Part shown: piece by piece, positions 58,917 through 64,000 of the stretch | How the letters are laid out: each line of letters opens with the position of its first letter | How positions within the stretch are numbered: the first letter of the stretch is position 1 | Source: Chlorokybus atmophyticus | Taxonomy: Eukaryota; Plantae; Mesostigma and Chlorokybus algae | DNA length: 64,000 nucleotides | Assembly: GCA_009103225.1 (NCBI GenBank) | Contig: RHPI01001946.1 | Span: 62,001 to 126,000, forward strand | Direction of reading: 5' to 3' | The notes under the pieces: generated by a model | What the model was told of the DNA's origin: nothing | Database searches by the model: none | The model's input: only the letters and a program-made list of their open reading frames with translations | Position numbers and translations under genes: made by a program

Positions 58917-61754
58917 CTACGATGGCATGTAAGTAGAAGTGTCTATCTGCTCAGGCAGCTCCTTGATGTCCACCTCAAACCGCTCCTGCACTTGATTGAG
59001 GGTTTGCGAGTCTTCCGCAGAGGCTACAAACGTGATGGCCAGCCCCTTTGTGCCAAAGCGGCCCGCACGACCAACCTGCAGCACACCACGTGGCTTATTA
59101 CTCAAAAACTGAGCACGGAGAGCACAAGAACCACAGCAAGGGCCGGCGTTGATGGCAGCAGTCATCGCAACTTTGACATTGCAAACGGTGCGCACCCTGT
59201 GAAGGTAGCTGTCTGCACTGTCGGGCATGTCATAGTTGATGACGATGTTCACGCGCTCGATATCAATGCCACGTCCAATCAGGTCTGTGGCAACCAGGAT
59301 ACGCTTGTGCCCCTCCTTGAAGCTCTTGTAACGAGTAAGCCTGCAAAGCAATCAGAATCCATGAGAAACAGTCCGCAACAACAAGCAGGGGTACGCACAT
59401 CCAATGTGCATTGAACCCCACCTCTCATCTTGGGACATTGCCGAGTGGATACATATGGACGGAAAGTTGCACTCCACAAGCAACTTGTTGAGCTCAGCAG
59501 CTCTGTTGACCGACCGCACAAAGATCACCACCTGGTTAAAGTCCAAGGCATCCAACAGGTCGTTCAGCTTCCGATTCTTCTCAGCCTCGTTCAACTTGAT
59601 GTAATGCTGAGGAACAAACCCAACGTCAGTATCATTGAAAAGCTGGCAATCAAGCAACAACAACTGCATGACTCTGCAGCTTACCTGAACAAGGCCATGA
59701 AGAGTCAGCTTGGCCTCATCGTCCACGTAAATCTCCATGGGCTGTGCACACAAGGAGGAGCATTGTTAGTGCTGGCAACAATGATTTTCAGCCGGACTCT
59801 CCTCGCACTATAAGCAAACACCGCACCCAACACCCATGTTGCCACAACATGCAGCACCCTTTGCTACTGGCTTCGCCCAGTAAAGCGGCAGACTTCAGCT
59901 TGCTGTTTCAAAGCTCATCTCCACACTGCAACCACGTGACCCCGTTGGGTGCGTGTACTGAGGTGGCATCATATGAAGCCAAGAATGATGCCATTGACGG
60001 CAACACCCACTGGCTTGCGTAGGAGCCAGCGGAAGTTGGCAGCTAGCTAACTAGCGCCCTCAAAATTCCGGTCAGGTTGACACTCGCATGCGCTCTTTGC
60101 AAGCCAGTACCCAAGCTCTGCCTTGAGCAGCTTCCCAATGGGGCCCAGCAGTTGCCGTCCCATCATGCAACAGCACATAGACCTTGCTGTGGCATGCTGC
60201 CTAACGACTGCAAACCACAACGATTCTTCCATGCGGCACCCAGGGGAGGAAACAAAAAGAGGAGATTTACATCTTGCATGAACTTCTTGCAGACGGGCCG
60301 AATCTCCTTGCTGAGCGTTGCTGAAAACATCATGACTTGCTTGTCGTGGGGAGTCATCTTAAAAATGTCTTGCACGTCCTTGCGCATGTCTGCAATTGTT
60401 CAACGAGTCAGTTCTGACTGTAAATTGGAACTGCAGTGTGGAGCCTGCAAAGCAACCATTCAAGACTTACCGAGCGATTCCAGCATCTTATCACACTCAT
60501 CCAGGATGAAGTGGCGCACATTCTTCAACTTCAGGTCTCCATCACGAGCCAGTGCCAAGATGCGGCCGGGTGTGCCCACAACAATGTGAGGGCAATCATT
60601 CTTCAGAATATCCTTGTGTGTCTTGATCGGTATCCCACCGAAAAAGACACCCACCTTGATGTCGGGCAGATACACACTGAATCTCTCAAACTCGTGGCAG
60701 ATCTGAGGCAACACAACATGCATCAGTCGTGCACAACAGACGAGTATCGGTCCCACATTAACAACAGGCAAACAAGCGACTAAACTGACCTGATAGGCAA
60801 GCTCGCGTGTGTGGCAAAGAATCAGGCAGGAAACTTGGCCCGCAACAGGCTCAATCTGCTGCAGGGTGGACAGCACGAATACAGCTGTCTTGCCCATGCC
60901 TGACTTGGCTTGACAGATAACGTCCATGCCAAGGATGGCTTGAGGGATGCACTCGTGTTGCACTGTTGAAGCCGAGCAGGACAAGCACATGTCAGTAAGC
61001 AACTCTTGCGCCACTCAGTGTGCAACGGGTCCCTCCTCACTGAGCTGAAGAAACCAACACCTGCAGTTTACCTGCAGACAGCGACCAGAACGTATTAACA
61101 CATGCTTGCCTCAATGCGCCATGGGCAAGCAAACCACAGCCGCACCTTCTGATGGATGCTCAAAACCGCAGTCTACAATGGCTCGCAGAAGCTCTGGCTT
61201 GAGAAGGAAGTCGCGAAACCCGGAGCTGTGGATGCCAACATAACCCCTGGACAACACATGCATACGCACATCAGCCATGCCACCAATCTCAGTAGCCTGT
61301 GGCATGCTAGACATGGGAGCAGCGAAAGACCCATTGTGCGTGCGAGCGCTGCATGCGACAATGGCAACACAACATAATCTGGGAAATCCGCTCTGTGACA
61401 GCATGTAACAGGCAGGACACCTTTGCCGCCGTAAATGCTGAACTAAACGGCATTCACTACCTGTATGTGATTGGATAGACCATGCACTCAATAACGTGGT
61501 CTGACAACCAACAGCGACCAGGGCAGGACAACCCAACAACCAGGTGACGTACAAGCCAAAGCCACAGGATGTGTGCGGCATGCAAAACAACCACCGGGTT
61601 TGCATGCTTCACCGTCAACACACTTTTTGGGCTGCTCGACAGGTTTGGCGGCCGCACCGCCGTCGGCGACTGGCTCCTCATCCTCCTCGTAGTCGACAAG
61701 CTCCTCGTCGCCCTCGGGGTAGGCCTCCGCTGCGTCCTTGCCGTTCTCGGCCAT
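58917..61754 (-). CDS. UAP56: DECD-box RNA helicase UAP56/SUB2 (DDX39B)
   Basis: [98 protein letters not shown]-stop. Confidence 0.98.
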
Positions 61755-62264
61755 TATTAAAGCACGGCGAGTTTCTAAGACGCCTGCTCTCTCCCTCCAC
61801 CCAACCGCAGCACCCCCCAAAACTTACCAGACCGACCACACCGCCGCCGCCGCCGCCGCCGCCGCCTGCTTACAGTTGGTAACATTAGCACCGCCTTGAG
61901 CTAGGGTTTCAAGACTTGTGACGCACACTGCGATATGACAAGCTGCTTCGCACCCGGGCAAACACCAAAGCTGAATCCCTAGGCCTCTTGTAAGACCCAG
62001 TGGCTAGGGTTTGGCGGGAACGCCAACGGGCGTCTGCGGGCGGCGGGATAGGCCGCGGCGGGGGTGTTGTGTGCGTGGTTATGCAACAGGTCTGAGGTGT
62101 TGTCTGGCAAGCGGAACTTAACGATCTGCTGCTTGCCATGTGCGTTGCGGCTAGCTAGCAGCTGCCAATGGCAGGCTGAGCCTAATCCTAGCTTTTGAGG
62201 CGGGAGGATAGTTAGTACAGCAACGCATCGGCCTTGGCGCGCTTGCAAGTTCACTGCTGCAGCC
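61755..62264. promoter_or_regulatory. Probable bidirectional promoter between UAP56 and LUC7 with two telo-box motifs
   Basis: 510 bp between divergent ATGs. TAGGGTTT (reverse of AAACCCTA) at 61902-61909 and 62005-62012. Confidence 0.6.
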
Positions 62265-64000
62265 ATGGATGCCATGCGGAAGCAGCTCGATGCGCTAATG
62301 GGATCTAACAGGTGGGGCAGCATGTGCGAGTGCATGTCGTATAGCTTTGCATGCAGCATGGCTTCCATCTTATTCATTATTCTATGTGCTTCCTGTTACG
62401 TGCGCAGTAATGTGTGTAGTAGTGTAGGTACTGTGCATAGTTACAATTTTCCCGCGAATGGACTCTCTTGTCGTCGGGCTACTTTTTGCCATGCGCTTGT
62501 TAGGCTACATCACTGGACTGGGCTTAACTTGCATATTGAATTATTATTAGAAACGGCGACGTTCAAGAGGAGGAAAAGAAGTACTTCGATCGAGGCGTGT
62601 GCAGATTTTTCCTATGCGGCCTTTGCCCTCACGATCTCTTCAACAACACCAAGATGGACTTGGGAGACTGTCCAAACGTTCACAGTACGTGCCTTTCCGG
62701 AAGCTTCTGAGCTATATGGTAGTCGGGGTTTGCTATTACTTAGACAAAATGGCGTTACCTGGCTGCATGGATTCGTCGCTCTGAGAATGCTTGCTTGTGA
62801 TGGAACAGTAATGTGCTGTTTGACAACCTGATGGTGGAATAATTGCGCACGAGACCAGATACCAAGAGCACAGTGTTATTATGTATTGAGCTCCGTCGTC
62901 CTGCAAGTAGCTGTTACCTCAGGTGACTTTTTCAAGCATACTTCCTATGTGGTGCATGCTAAAGCAATGCTTGGCAGATATGCAGCTGCGGCGTGACTAC
63001 GAAGATGCTCGCGCAAAGCGCAAGGATAACTACGACCGTGAGCTGGAAATGGAACTTGAGAAGCTAGTTGTGGATTGTGATCGTAAAATCAGTAAGTCTT
63101 GGCTGTTAATAAGAACCGTTCTGCTCAGTTGCTGTGAAGCATCAAGAGCCCATGTGATATTGTCACATTTGCAGCACGAGCACAACGCCGGCTTGAGGAT
63201 GACGACACTAATGCGAAGAGCTACCCACTAGTATCCACTTCAACCATATGTCCAGAGGCCGATGAGCTCACTGAGCAGATTAAGAAGAAGCAGCGCGAAG
63301 CTGATGATTTCTGTACGCCATGCATGGCTCGTGAAGCAGCTGCATTATGGCTCGAGCTTACTGGCTGTGTGCCGCAGTGCTGGAGGGTCGAAACGATGAC
63401 AATATCCGATTGACTGAAGAACTTGAAGTTCTTATCCAGCAGCGTGCTGATGCGCAGGTGGGCACTTCCTGCATGAGCACTTGGCGTTTTTCTTGCTCAG
63501 TGACGTGTATGGTTGTTTTGATGCACTCATTGTATACATAGCCTTCATCAACTGTCTGCAACATCGCGCAGGCCAAGGCGCTGTTGCAAGTGTTTCATCA
63601 AGACCACGCACATGCTGGAACTGCCACTGCAGCTCCGCCTCCCCCTGGTCCTACACCTGTGCCTGACGAAAAGACACAGCAGTTGATAAAGGAAAAGTTG
63701 CAGCTTGCAGAAGAGCTAGGTTAGCCATCATGTTTATTCGTTTGGCAACTGGTGGTTTCTATGTCACTCGCTTGCTTTTCTCTTTGCGCCTGTCCTTACC
63801 TCTACAATTGCATTGCCCTAAGACCAGCATTGAGTGATGGCTTCCTGCACCCTTAGGTGAGCAAGGGCGTGTGGACGAGGCTAAAGCCGCCACGGATGAA
63901 GCTGAAGCACTAAAAAGGGTACCTGCGGCACCACATTTTAATTGTCAGCTTACATCAACTTACTGACATGCGCTGGTTGCAGGCTGCGCTTGCACCGCCA
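62265..64000 (+). CDS. LUC7: LUC7-like U1 snRNP protein, spliced, 3' part runs off the right edge
   Basis: MDAMRKQLDALMGSNR|NGDVQ...VCRFFLCGLCPHDLFNNTKMDLGDCPNVH...YDRELEMELEKLVVDCDRKI...EELG|EQGRVDEA. Confidence 0.95.

Noticed and set aside
1-64000. Non-canonical code (TAA/TAG = Gln) as an explanation for in-frame TAGs
   Set aside because: UAP56 and TAF9 end at TAG at their expected C-termini, and no in-frame TAR was seen in the conserved exons I translated. The TAGs occur only in decayed repeats.
1-64000. CRISPR array or prokaryotic operon
   Set aside because: No regularly spaced repeat-spacer array, and the genes have spliceosomal introns.

Overview
Eukaryotic nuclear DNA with GT-AG spliceosomal introns and the standard genetic code, from a green-lineage alga. 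A plastid FtsHi3-type gene, a plant-type alternative oxidase and an SnRK2 kinase point to Viridiplantae, possibly an early-diverging streptophyte (inference). The window has two parts. (1) About 3.1-42 kb is a nested transposon island between an FtsHi3-like gene plus tRNA-Leu(UAG) on the left and an SnRK2 gene on the right. It contains a full-length but inactivated Ty3/Gypsy chromovirus, a 3.2-kb non-autonomous TIR element, a second LTR family (including a solo LTR with TSD), a TRIM, an L1-like LINE relic, and a divergent pair of disrupted genes resembling fungal UVI-1 secreted proteins. It also holds three degenerate copies and one fragment of a spliced gene encoding tandem Cys/His zinc-finger-like repeats plus a giant-virus/phage-type HNH endonuclease. 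(2) About 43.5-64 kb is gene-dense: SnRK2, TAF9, a PgeF/YfiH/LACC1-family gene, AOX, UAP56 and LUC7 (partial). The best candidate for an undescribed system is the repeated, intron-containing ZnF-HNH element. All family assignments come from motif recognition by eye; no database searches were run.
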